Source: Methylorubrum extorquens
Lineage (GTDB): Bacteria; Pseudomonadota; Alphaproteobacteria; Rhizobiales; Beijerinckiaceae
Direction: 5' to 3'
DNA: 32,000 bases
Assembly (NCBI GenBank): GCA_900234795.1
Contig: LT962688.1
Coordinates: 2,130,001-2,162,000, forward strand
Part shown: piece after piece, positions 10,406 to 19,305 of the stretch
Numbering within the stretch: the first letter of the stretch is position 1
Layout of the letters: every line of letters begins with the position of its first letter
The notes under the pieces: model-generated
Database searches by the model: none
Told to the model about the DNA's origin: nothing
Seen by the model: only the letters and a program-made list of their open reading frames with translations
Program-made: the position numbers and the translations under genes

Positions 10406-11866
10406 ATGCTTGAGCGAATGACACAGACACGGGCCAGACGCCGCCGCGGCGTGAGAATCGGAACGGCCGGAGCCCTGCTGGCGGCAAGCCTGACCACGGC
10501 GACCGGCGTCTCCGCGCAGCAACCCTCGCCGGTGGGTCAGTTCAACGATCAGACCCAGCCGCGCACCGATCCGCGCATCGCCGAGAAACCCAGCGATCCC
10601 GTCCGCGTCGGCCCGCTGGCGCCCTGGGCCACCCACATGGCCGAGCGCGGGCTCACCTTCGACATCAACATCTACAACTTCTACCAAGCCAATCCCTCGG
10701 CCGGCCTGCGCACCGGAGAGCAGTCGAACTCGACCTATTTCGTCCTCTCCATGACCGCCGACATGCAGCGCATCGCCAACATCAGTGGCGGCACCATCAA
10801 GTTCACGCAGACTTTCTTCGGCAACGTCCGCAACCTCAACATGGCCGCCGATATCGGCGACACCACGGTCGGCTACCAGCCGCCGTTCAACCCCAACAAC
10901 AACCGCCTGTCGCTGCTCACCTACCAGCAGAAGTTGCTCGACGACCGCCTCGTCATCGAAGTCGGCCGCACCCACCCCGATCGCTACTACGGCCTGCCGC
11001 CGTGCAACTCGATCAATTCCTGCTTCCAGGACCTGTTCTACATCAACGCCGGCTTCACCTCGCCGCTCTACGCGGTCTGGGGCGCGAACGCCGCCTACCA
11101 GCTCTCGCCCACGAGCTACGTCCAGGCCGGCGCCTTCTCGGTGAACCCCGGCACCAACGCATTGTCGGGCTACGATTTCGGCTACGAGCGGCTCTCGGGC
11201 GCGCTGGTGATGACCGAGATCGGCACCAAGACCGACTACACCATGACCGCCTATCCCGGCCGCGCTTCGCTCACCGGCTTCTTCAACACGGCCGATCACG
11301 ACGACAACTTCAAGACAGTGTTCGGCACCTCGAAGGGCCTGAACCCCGGCGCCCCGGTGCTGCAGAAGTCGGGCACGTCCGGCATCGTGCTCACCGGCAC
11401 GCAGACGGTCTGGCGCGCCGATGGTGGCCTCGTCGCCAACCCGCACCCGACGGCGATCTCGCTCTATACCGGCACGGGCTATTCGTTCGATCCGACGGTG
11501 CCGATCCGCTTCAACTCGTTCGTCGGCGTACGCCTCGACGCGCCCGACCAGAGCCGGCCCAACGACAGCTACGGGCTGAAGATGAACTGGCAGCGTTTGT
11601 CGGAGAACTACACGCAGTTCCTGTCTGACGCGAACTTCATCTCGGGCGGCTCGGGCGCCCCGTATTCGCGCGACAAGTTCGTGTTCGAGGCCAACGCGCA
11701 CTTCGACGTCGGCGCGGGCGTGATCATCGAGCCGGTGGTTCAGTACGTGGTCAACCCGAACACGTTCTGGAACCCCTTCACCGCGCGGCGCGCCAAGGAC
11801 GGCTTCTACGCCGGCGCAACGCTGGTCGTCCCGCTCGGCACCCTGCTCGGCCTCGCTCCGGGCTAG
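10406..11866 (+). CDS. Outer-membrane porin, OprB (carbohydrate-selective porin)-like; positional counterpart of the amide/urea porin FmdC.
   Basis: Signal peptide MLERMTQTRARRRRGVRIGTAGALLAASLTTATGVSA/QQ from the ATG at 10406 (track ORF starts at 10298). The composition is beta-barrel-like, with alternating aromatic/Gly/Asn-rich strands, and ..ERGLTFDINIYNFYQAN..GGTIKFTQTFFG is OprB-like. Family assignment is from memory, not a search. Confidence 0.7.
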   Translation: MLERMTQTRARRRRGVRIGTAGALLAASLTTATGVSAQQPSPVGQFNDQTQPRTDPRIAEKPSDPVRVGPLAPWATHMAERGLTFDINIYNFYQANPSAGLRTGEQSNSTYFVLSMTADMQRIANISGGTIKFTQTFFGNVRNLNMAADIGDTTVGYQPPFNPNNNRLSLLTYQQKLLDDRLVIEVGRTHPDRYYGLPPCNSINSCFQDLFYINAGFTSPLYAVWGANAAYQLSPTSYVQAGAFSVNPGTNALSGYDFGYERLSGALVMTEIGTKTDYTMTAYPGRASLTGFFNTADHDDNFKTVFGTSKGLNPGAPVLQKSGTSGIVLTGTQTVWRADGGLVANPHPTAISLYTGTGYSFDPTVPIRFNSFVGVRLDAPDQSRPNDSYGLKMNWQRLSENYTQFLSDANFISGGSGAPYSRDKFVFEANAHFDVGAGVIIEPVVQYVVNPNTFWNPFTARRAKDGFYAGATLVVPLGTLLGLAPG

Positions 11867-11941
11867 CCCTTTTTCCGAGCCAAGAAAGGGGGGCTCGCGC
11901 GACGGGCCCCTCCCCTCAAACCAACCGGAGGAAACACCGCC

Positions 11942-12994
11942 ATGATGCACGGTGATATCTCGTCGAGTCAGGACAGCGTCGGCGTCGCCGTCGTGAACTA
12001 CAAGATGCCCCGGCTGCACACCAAGGCCGAGGTGCTGGAAAACGCCAAGAAGATCGGCGACATGATCATCGGGATGAAGGCCGGTCTGCCGGGCCTCGAT
12101 CTCGTGATCTTCCCCGAATACTCGACCCACGGCATCATGTACGACGCGGGCGAGATGTACGAGACTGCCTCCTCCATCCCCGGTGCGGAGACTGACATCT
12201 TCGCCGACGCGTGCCGCAAGGCCAAGGTCTGGGGTGTGTTCTCACTCACCGGCGAGCGCCACGAGGAGCATCCGCGCAAAGCCCCCTACAACACGCTCAT
12301 CCTGATGAACGACCAGGGCGAGATCGTGCAGAAGTACCGCAAGATCATGCCCTGGACCCCGATCGAGGGCTGGTATCCCGGAGACCGCACCTACGTCTCG
12401 GATGGCCCGAAGGGCCTCAAGATCAGCCTGATCATCTGCGACGACGGCAACTATCCCGAGATCTGGCGCGACTGCGCGATGCGCGGCGCCGAACTCATCA
12501 TCCGCTGCCAGGGCTACATGTATCCGGCCAAGGAACAGCAGGTTCTGATCTCGAAGGCGATGGCATTCGCCAACAATACCTACGTCGCGGTGGCCAACGC
12601 CGCCGGCTTCGACGGCGTCTACAGCTATTTCGGTCACTCGGCGATCATCGGCTTCGACGGCCGGACGCTGGGCGAGTGCGGCGAGGAGGAGATGGGCATC
12701 CAGTACGCCGCACTCTCGAAGTTCCTGATCCGCGATTTCCGCGCCCACGGCCAGTCGGAGAACCACCTCTTCAAGCTGCTGCACCGCGGCTACACCGGCA
12801 TGATCAACTCGAAGGAGAACCGGCACGGGATGTCGGAATGCCCCTACGACTTCTACCGTCGCTGGATCGAGGACCCCGACGGCACCCGCGACGCGGTGCG
12901 CGCCATCACCCGCTCCAGCGTCGGCACCGAGGAATGCCCGATCGAGGGCATCCCCTTCGTCGGCAAGGGCGAGGGCCCGCCCGACCCGCGCTGA
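11942..12994 (+). CDS. amiE: Aliphatic amidase (acylamide amidohydrolase, nitrilase superfamily).
   Basis: [109 protein letters not shown] is near-collinear with Pseudomonas aeruginosa AmiE as I remember it, including the catalytic Cys in [15 protein letters not shown] lies 10 nt upstream of the start. Confidence 0.92.
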   Translation: MMHGDISSSQDSVGVAVVNYKMPRLHTKAEVLENAKKIGDMIIGMKAGLPGLDLVIFPEYSTHGIMYDAGEMYETASSIPGAETDIFADACRKAKVWGVFSLTGERHEEHPRKAPYNTLILMNDQGEIVQKYRKIMPWTPIEGWYPGDRTYVSDGPKGLKISLIICDDGNYPEIWRDCAMRGAELIIRCQGYMYPAKEQQVLISKAMAFANNTYVAVANAAGFDGVYSYFGHSAIIGFDGRTLGECGEEEMGIQYAALSKFLIRDFRAHGQSENHLFKLLHRGYTGMINSKENRHGMSECPYDFYRRWIEDPDGTRDAVRAITRSSVGTEECPIEGIPFVGKGEGPPDPR

Positions 12995-13033
12995 GCTCGG
13001 CTCGGGCCGAAACGCTACGTCATGCGGCCGAGC

Positions 13034-13060
13034 GCCCTCCACCCGGGCCGGATGGAGGGC
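13034..13060 (+). terminator. Putative terminator hairpin after amiE.
   Basis: gccctcca (13034-13041) pairs with tggagggc (13053-13060) around an 11-nt loop, followed by gttctccgtt (only moderately T-rich). It lies 40 nt after the amiE stop, at the end of the plus-strand gene array. Confidence 0.4.
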
Positions 13061-13085
13061 GTTCTCCGTTGTGCGCATGCGGGAA

Positions 13086-13192
13086 GTTTGTCGGTGATCT
13101 CCCGCCTAACTCGTTGACTTCAGTGACCGGAATTTTTGGCGAAGGAGCGTGGAAGGAGCGTGTTTGTCGGCGGGGAGTGCGATGTTTGTCGG
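13086..13192. repeat. Short direct repeats in a non-coding gap: GTTTGTCGG three times, and a tandem 11-mer GAAGGAGCGTG twice.
   Basis: gtttgtcgg at 13086-13094, 13162-13170 and 13184-13192. gaaggagcgtg at 13141-13151 and 13152-13162. Confidence 0.6.
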
Positions 13193-13542
13193 TTTGCGAA
13201 TGCCGGCCCGTCCCGTCGTGCCGGCTAGGAACGACGCCCACGCCAGTGGAGTAACCGGATGGGATGAGCCTGCCGTATGACTACAGGCGTCGGATCGGTG
13301 GCGGCTGGCACCTCGGCACAGCCATCGCGGTACCAAATGGCGATACCCTCATCGTCAACATTGAGCGCTGCCGCACGAGACATCTTCGCGCGCACGGCCT
13401 GCCTCGTCGTCATCACAATGGCTGACACGGAGCGTTTGCCGAAGATTGCCTTCGCACGATCCGGAGGCGCAGCAGCAACGCTGCTCGGAATCGCTTTGCC
13501 GGAAACAGAGCTTGCCCCGACCATCCTCGCCGCAGCTGCCCC

Positions 13543-14952
13543 TCACGGCTCTGTAAGCGGACGAAGATTATAGCCCGGCGGCTTCGTCCGTTCGATCGCC
13601 GCGGCCGTTCGTATGACGTCCGCCTCGCCGAGCGCGCGGCCCACGATCTGAAGCCCGACCGGCATTCCGTCCGAGGCAATTCCCGCGCAGACGGAGGCCG
13701 CGGGCTGGCCCGTGAGGTTGAAGGGGTAGGTGTAGAAGGCCCAGGAGACGAGACTGCGATCTTCCAGTCCCTCCGGGATGTTCCTGCCTGCTTCCAAGGA
13801 CGAGATCGGCAGTGTCGGTGACACGAGGACATCGTAGCCGGTGAAGAAGCTGACCATCCGGTCCCGCAGCGCGTACCGCGCGAAGACGGTCTCGTAGTAG
13901 GCGCGCATCTCCTGAGCGAGGGCGGCGTCGAGCACATCGGCGACGGCGGGGTCCAGGAGATCGCGGCGGCTTTCGAGAACGCCGCGCAGGCGGGTGCCGA
14001 TGCCGGCGTAGAACTCGGCTGTCCAGAGAGCGGCTGGATCGGACTCGAAGACGGTCTCGACCTCTTCCACGATCGCGCCCTGGTCGGCCAGCGTCATCGC
14101 CGCAGCACGGGCGATGGCGGCGACCTCCGGGTTGGGCCGCGCATAGCCGAGCGTCGCGCTCCAGGCGACCCGCAGGCCGGCGACGGAAGCCTTGACCGCG
14201 CCCAAAAGGTCCGGGACGGGCCCGGCCACCGCGAAGGGATCGCGCGGATCGTGGCCGGCGACCGCCATCGTCAGCAAGGCGGCGTCGGCGACGTCGCGAG
14301 CAAGCGCGCCGACATGGGCCAGCGTCGGTGTTGCCGAGGTCGGCCAGACCGGAACCCGCCCGAATTGCGCCTTGAGCCCGACGAGACCCGTCAGCGCTGC
14401 GGGAATGCGCAGGGAGCCGCCACCGTCGGTGCCGAGTGCGAAGGGCGTGATCCCGGCTGCCACCGAGGCGGCCGCGCCGGCGCTCGATCCGCCCGGTGTC
14501 TTCGCCAGATCCCAGGGATGGCGGGTGATGCCGGTGAGCGGCGAGTCGCCGACGGGCTTGGCTCCGAACTCGCTCGTGGTGGTCTTCCCGATGATGATGG
14601 CGCCGGCGGCACGCAGGCGCTCGACGGCGGGGGCATCGGCGGCGGCGACATTGCTCGCCATGGCCCGCGAGCCGGACGCGTAGGGCTGGCCGCCCACCGC
14701 GATCAGATCCTTCACCGAGACCGGCAGGCCGTGGAGCAGCCCGAGGGGCGAGCCGCACATCACAGCCTCCTCGGCCCGGCGCGCGGCGCTGCGGGCCTCC
14801 TCCGGCATCAGGTGGCAGAAGGCATTCAAGGAGGCTTGGCTCGCCTCGGCGCGCGCGAGGGCGTGCTCCGTCAGCTCGACCGGCGAAATCGCGCGCGCCG
14901 CGATCAGGCGGCGCAGCTCAAGCGCGGTCATGAAGTCGAAGTCGCTCGTCAT
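13543..14952 (-). CDS. Amidase-signature (AS) family amidase (GatA-like).
   Basis: MTSDFDFMTALELRRLIAARAISPVELTE..GLLHGLPVSVKDLI..GKTTTSEFG..PGGSSAGAAASVAAG..GTDGGGSLRIPAA shows the Lys/cis-Ser/Ser signature. The start is chosen at the ATG at 14952 (GGAG upstream); the track ORF extends to 15132 through an implausible Arg/Gly-rich leader. Confidence 0.88.
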   Translation of the reverse strand: MTSDFDFMTALELRRLIAARAISPVELTEHALARAEASQASLNAFCHLMPEEARSAARRAEEAVMCGSPLGLLHGLPVSVKDLIAVGGQPYASGSRAMASNVAAADAPAVERLRAAGAIIIGKTTTSEFGAKPVGDSPLTGITRHPWDLAKTPGGSSAGAAASVAAGITPFALGTDGGGSLRIPAALTGLVGLKAQFGRVPVWPTSATPTLAHVGALARDVADAALLTMAVAGHDPRDPFAVAGPVPDLLGAVKASVAGLRVAWSATLGYARPNPEVAAIARAAAMTLADQGAIVEEVETVFESDPAALWTAEFYAGIGTRLRGVLESRRDLLDPAVADVLDAALAQEMRAYYETVFARYALRDRMVSFFTGYDVLVSPTLPISSLEAGRNIPEGLEDRSLVSWAFYTYPFNLTGQPAASVCAGIASDGMPVGLQIVGRALGEADVIRTAAAIERTKPPGYNLRPLTEP

Positions 14953-15005
14953 CGCTCCACTCTCTGCAAGGGAGGCGCGGCGCCCGAGGGGGCGCCGCAA
15001 TGGCG

Positions 15006-15707
15006 TCAGTCGTTGACGAGGGCGAACGCGCGGACCGGCGAGCCGGAACCGCCCTTGAACTTCAGCGGCACGCCGAAGAACTGCACCTCGCCCTTGCCCA
15101 GAAGCTCCTCCAGGTTCACCAGCCATTCCCAATGGCTGATGCCCAGTTCACGGCAGAGGCGGTGCTGAGCGAAGATGTTGTCGCTCGGCTTATCGGTGGA
15201 GGGCCCCTCGACACCGTGCATCTTCGAGCCGCGCTCATGCAGCCACTGGGTGGCCTCCACGGTCAGCAGCGGGTTCTTCCACACCGAGTCGAGGCTCGGA
15301 TAGTTGCGCGCGTGGAAGCCGGTGCAGAGCAGGACGATGTGGCCGTCGACTTTGACGCCGCTCTTGGCTTGCGCCTCCTCCATGTCGGCGACCGTGATGT
15401 CGCCCAGGTCGGGGATGTGACGCAGGTCGAAGCAGACCGCCTTGCCCATGAACAGCTCCAGCGGCATCTCGTCGACGGGCTGGCCGTTCGGATCGACATG
15501 CCGGAAGGCGTCCACATGGGTGCCGACGTGGTCGAGCATCGCGATGAAGTTCGTCTGGAAGGTCATCGCATCGCCCGGCACGCCGAGATTGAGGCCGGCC
15601 GAACTCTCGTGACTGAGATGCGTGGTGATCACCGGCCGCTGGAAGAGCTTGTGGGCCGGCATGTTGTCCTCGATCAGGAGGCTCAAATCGACGACGCGCT
15701 GGGGCAT
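15006..15707 (-). CDS. Cyclase-family protein (kynurenine formamidase KynB-like metal-dependent amidohydrolase).
   Basis: 233 aa with HVGTHVDAFRH, the HxGTHxDxxxH motif of the putative-cyclase/arylformamidase family. AAAGGA RBS. Confidence 0.75.
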   Translation of the reverse strand: MPQRVVDLSLLIEDNMPAHKLFQRPVITTHLSHESSAGLNLGVPGDAMTFQTNFIAMLDHVGTHVDAFRHVDPNGQPVDEMPLELFMGKAVCFDLRHIPDLGDITVADMEEAQAKSGVKVDGHIVLLCTGFHARNYPSLDSVWKNPLLTVEATQWLHERGSKMHGVEGPSTDKPSDNIFAQHRLCRELGISHWEWLVNLEELLGKGEVQFFGVPLKFKGGSGSPVRAFALVND

Positions 15708-15738
15708 GGCGGGTCCTTTTCGGGCGTGATGGATCGTT

Positions 15739-15760
15739 CACGGCACCGTCCGGTGCCGTG
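15739..15760 (-). promoter_or_regulatory. Perfect 9-bp stem/4-nt loop hairpin between the livF-like and cyclase genes.
   Basis: cacggcacc gtcc ggtgccgtg in the 81-nt intercistronic gap (15708-15788). No U-tract on the transcribed strand. Confidence 0.5.
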
Positions 15761-15788
15761 CCGTTTCGGGTTCGGCGGGATGCCGCTC

Positions 15789-16526
15789 TCAGGCGGCTTT
15801 CTTCTTGCCGAGAAAGGTCTCCATGACCTCCGGGTCGCGGGCGATGAGCCCGCTCGGGCCGTCCCGCACCGTGCGCCCCTGCGCCACCACGTAGGCGTGG
15901 TCGGCGATGGCGAGCGCGTAGGATGCGAGCTGCTCGACGAGAAGAATGGTGAGGCCTTGGCCGTTGAGATCGCGCAAGACGCCAATGAGTTGCTCAACGA
16001 CGCGGGGCGCGAGGCCAAGCGAGAGTTCGTCGATCACGAGGAGGTCGGGTTCGGCCATCAGACCACGGGCGATGGCGAGCATCTGCTGCTCGCCGCCCGA
16101 CATGCTGCCGGCCGGCTGGCGCAGCCGCTCGCGCAAGCGCGGGAACAGCGCGAGCGCCCGCTCCAGCGTCCGTTTCGCCTGCGCGGTCTTGAGGCCGCCA
16201 TGGGTGTAGGCACCCAGTATCAGATTGTCCTCGACGGTTTGGTCGGGGAAGATCAGGCGTCCCTCGGGCACCATCGCGAGACCGCGGGCGACCTTGGCAT
16301 GGGCGGGCAGCCGGGTGACCTCCTCGCCCTTGAACAGGACGCGGCCGCCGCTCGGTCGTACGAGGCCGGTGATCCCGCGCATCAGCGAGGTCTTGCCGGC
16401 ACCGTTATTGCCGATCACGGCGACCAGCTGACCGCGTTGCACGGTCAGGTTCGCACCGCGGAGCGCGGTTGCCGCGCCGTAGCGGACTTCGAGGTTCTCG
16501 ACCGAGAGAAGCGGAGTATCGGTCAT
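15789..16526 (-). CDS. Branched-chain-amino-acid-type ABC transporter ATP-binding protein (LivF-like).
   Basis: MTDTPLLSVENLEVRYGAATALRGANLTVQRGQLVAVIGNNGAGKTSL..MSGGEQQMLAIARGL..LLVIDELSLGLAP (245 aa). This is the C-terminal part of track ORF 15789..17924, whose upstream part is out-of-frame shadow. Its ATG overlaps the stop of the preceding gene (TGATG). Confidence 0.88.
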   Translation of the reverse strand: MTDTPLLSVENLEVRYGAATALRGANLTVQRGQLVAVIGNNGAGKTSLMRGITGLVRPSGGRVLFKGEEVTRLPAHAKVARGLAMVPEGRLIFPDQTVEDNLILGAYTHGGLKTAQAKRTLERALALFPRLRERLRQPAGSMSGGEQQMLAIARGLMAEPDLLVIDELSLGLAPRVVEQLIGVLRDLNGQGLTILLVEQLASYALAIADHAYVVAQGRTVRDGPSGLIARDPEVMETFLGKKKAA

Positions 16527-18307
16527 CAGGCGGCCTCCTCGTTGAGGATGGCGGACGGGCCGCCGAAATAGGCCTCGATCACCCGCGGATCGGCTTGCAC
16601 CGTCTCCGGACGGTCGCTCGCGATGACCTGCCCGTAATCGAGCACCGTCACGGTATCGGCAACCGCCATGATCAGGTCGACGTGATGCTCGATGAGCAGC
16701 ACCGAGACACCGAGTCCCGCGATCTTCCGGATCATGGCCTCCAGTTCGTCGATCTCCTGCGTGGTGAGCCCGGCGGCGGGCTCGTCGAGAAGCAGAAGAC
16801 GCGGACGCGTGGCGAGGGCCCGGGCAATCTCCAGCCGGCGCTGATGGCCGAAGGGCAGGAAGCGGGCCTGCTCGTTGGCCACCGCGCTGAGCCCGACGAA
16901 ATCGAGCAGGCCGATTGCGGCGGCGCGGCAGGCGGCCTCCTCGCGGCGGAAGCGGGGCGTGCGCAGGATCGCCCCGGGCAGGCCGTAGCCGTGATGGGCG
17001 AAGCCGCCCACCATGACATTCTCCAGAACCGTCATCTGTCCGAACAGCTCGGTGTTCTGGAAGGTGCGGGCAAGACCGAGCCGCGCAATGCCGTGAACCT
17101 TGATGCCGGCGAGATCGGTCCCGTCGAGGTGCACGCCACCCTCGCTCGGGCGGTAGAACCCCGAGATCGTGTTCACGAAGGTCGACTTGCCGGCTCCGTT
17201 CGGGCCGATCAGAGCGTGGATCTCGCCCGGGGCGACCCGAACGCTCGCAGCGCTCAGCGCCGTGAGCCCGCCGAAGCGAACGGTGAGGCTGTGGGTCTCC
17301 AGGCCGGCAGGCTTGCGACCCGCGAGAAGCTCGGCGGCGGGCATGCCTTGACCCGGCTCGACCCCACGCGGGCCGGGGCGCAGACGGGCGTAGAGTTGGC
17401 CCAGCGTACCTAGGATGCCGCCGGGCAGGCCGAACATCACCGCCAGCAGCAGGGCGCCGTAGGCGAATTTCTGCCACTCGGCAAAGCGCTGCAGCACTTC
17501 CGGCAGATAGGTCAGGATGAAGGCGCCGACGACCGGCCCGAAGGTTGAGGCCGCTCCTCCCAGGATCACCATCAGCAGGAAGCGGACGGAATCCGAGAAG
17601 GTGAAAATGTCGGGCGAGATATAGGCGTTGAGGAAGGCGTAGAAGCTGCCCGCGATCCCTGCCGTCATGGCCGCGACCGCGAAGGCGAGCGTGCGGATCC
17701 CCGTCGCGCCGATGCCGAGGCTGCGCGCGGCCGTCTCGCTCTGGGCGACAGCCAGCATCGCGCGGCCGTAGCCCGAGTGCTTCAGGTTGTGCGTCGCCAG
17801 GGTCGCGAGAAAAAGGGTGATGGCGAGCACGGCGTAGAAGGCGTAGCCGGAGAGCGGATATCCGAAGAGGTTCGGGCCGGGGATGCCGCTGAGTCCCGTC
17901 GTGCCGCCGGTGAGGCTCTGCCACTCGATGGCAACGTTCTCGACAATGAGGCCGAAGGCGATCGTCACCACCGCGAGATAGACGCCCCGCACCCGCACGC
18001 TCGGATAGGCCAGCGCCGCGCCGAAAAGGCCGGCCACCACCGCCGCGCCGATGCTTGCGAGAACGAGGTCGAGGTTGAACCGGATCGCCAGGATCGCGCC
18101 GGTATAGGCGCCAAGCGCGAACAGTCCGGCTTGGCCGAGAGAGACGAGGCCGGTGAGTCCGACGAGGACATTCAGGCCGACCGCGATCACGCCGTAGATC
18201 AGGAACAGCATGAACAAGCGCAGTTCGTACTCGTTGCCGGAGGTGAGCGGCACGACAACGAGGATGGCTGCGAGCAGCGCGAAGCCGAGGGTGTAGAGGG
18301 CCTTCAT
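16526..18307 (-). CDS. Fused ABC transporter permease (LivM-like) and ATP-binding (LivG-like) protein.
   Basis: 593 aa. The N-terminal ~330 aa are multi-TM (..GLVSLGQAGLFALGAY..). The C-terminal part carries GPNGAGKSTF, FGHQRRLEIARAL and LLLLDEPAAGL. Confidence 0.88.
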   Translation of the reverse strand: MKALYTLGFALLAAILVVVPLTSGNEYELRLFMLFLIYGVIAVGLNVLVGLTGLVSLGQAGLFALGAYTGAILAIRFNLDLVLASIGAAVVAGLFGAALAYPSVRVRGVYLAVVTIAFGLIVENVAIEWQSLTGGTTGLSGIPGPNLFGYPLSGYAFYAVLAITLFLATLATHNLKHSGYGRAMLAVAQSETAARSLGIGATGIRTLAFAVAAMTAGIAGSFYAFLNAYISPDIFTFSDSVRFLLMVILGGAASTFGPVVGAFILTYLPEVLQRFAEWQKFAYGALLLAVMFGLPGGILGTLGQLYARLRPGPRGVEPGQGMPAAELLAGRKPAGLETHSLTVRFGGLTALSAASVRVAPGEIHALIGPNGAGKSTFVNTISGFYRPSEGGVHLDGTDLAGIKVHGIARLGLARTFQNTELFGQMTVLENVMVGGFAHHGYGLPGAILRTPRFRREEAACRAAAIGLLDFVGLSAVANEQARFLPFGHQRRLEIARALATRPRLLLLDEPAAGLTTQEIDELEAMIRKIAGLGVSVLLIEHHVDLIMAVADTVTVLDYGQVIASDRPETVQADPRVIEAYFGGPSAILNEEAA

Positions 18308-19179
18308 ACCTTGAAGATCTCCCGGCGGCCGAACAGACCCTGAGGGAAGGCGACGAGGACGAGGATCATCGCACTGAAGCCGACGATCTCCCGCGCCGCG
18401 GTCGAAACGTAGCCCTCGACGAACTTCTCCATGACCCCGAAGGCGAGGCCGGCCAGGACGACGCCGGGGCCACTGGTGATTCCGCCGATGATGGCGACCG
18501 CGAAGCCCTTGAGCCCGAGGAGGACGCCCATGCTGGCGGAAGCCTGGATCACGGGGGCGACGAGCACGCCTGCCCCTGCGCCGAACAGTGCCGCGAGTCC
18601 GAAGGAGAACATCACGATCCGGTCGACGTTGATGCCCATCAGGGCAGCCGCTTGGCGGTTATGGGCGACTGCCTGCATCGCTCTCCCGACGAGCGTATGC
18701 CGTTGCATCGCGTGGAGACCGGCCATCGCAAGCAGTGCGACGGCTGGGATGACGAGTTCCTGCGGATAGACGCCCGCTCCAAGGATCGAGATCGCTCCTG
18801 CAACGCCGGGCGAGGGAAGCGGGCGCGAGAAGCCGCCGAACTGCATCGTGGCAAGGGATTCAGCCATGATGCCGACTGCGATCGTGGTCAGCATCCAGCC
18901 GATCGAGGCGTTGGTGCCGATGAAAGGCCGCACCGCGAAACGCTCCAGCACAACGCCGAACAAGGCCCCGGCCAGGATTGCGAGGAGGCAGGCCAGCGGC
19001 AGCGGCAAGCCGGCATCGATGCCCATCACGGCGAGGACTGCGCCGATCATCAGCGTGTCGCCGTGGGCGAAGTTCACGGCCTTGGCGGCCGACCACATGA
19101 TGTGGAAGCCGAGTGCGACGAGGGCGTAGATGCCCCCGATTGCGAGGCCTGAGAGCGTATATTGCAGGGCGGTCGTCAT
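18304..19179 (-). CDS. ABC transporter permease (LivH-like).
   Basis: 291 aa multi-TM, ..AVNFAHGDTLMIGAV.. The stop overlaps the next start (ATGA). Confidence 0.88.
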   Translation of the reverse strand: MTTALQYTLSGLAIGGIYALVALGFHIMWSAAKAVNFAHGDTLMIGAVLAVMGIDAGLPLPLACLLAILAGALFGVVLERFAVRPFIGTNASIGWMLTTIAVGIMAESLATMQFGGFSRPLPSPGVAGAISILGAGVYPQELVIPAVALLAMAGLHAMQRHTLVGRAMQAVAHNRQAAALMGINVDRIVMFSFGLAALFGAGAGVLVAPVIQASASMGVLLGLKGFAVAIIGGITSGPGVVLAGLAFGVMEKFVEGYVSTAAREIVGFSAMILVLVAFPQGLFGRREIFKV

Positions 19180-19305
19180 GGCTGCCGCGAGAGTTCCCTG
19201 TGTGAAGCGGACAGGCGTTCAGCGGAGTTGGGGCGACCCGGCGATCGGGATCCGAACGAGCCGCCCCGGCCCCACCGTTCGAAGACGGAGGGGACGCTTC
19301 TGCCG

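Noticed and set aside
13225-13524. A 99-aa minus-strand ORF directly downstream of the AS-amidase gene, and the overlapping plus-strand ORF 13277-13573.
   Set aside because: Codon third-position bias is weak, there is no usable Shine-Dalgarno spacing, and I recognise no motif. It could be a fragment of a foreign gene, but I cannot support calling it.
15789-17924. A 711-aa minus-strand ORF that appears to span the LivF-like gene and most of the LivM-LivG gene.
   Set aside because: Only its last 245 codons (from the ATG at 16526) read as an ABC ATPase. The upstream part is an out-of-frame read-through of the 16526-18307 gene, whose own frame gives coherent permease and ATPase sequence.
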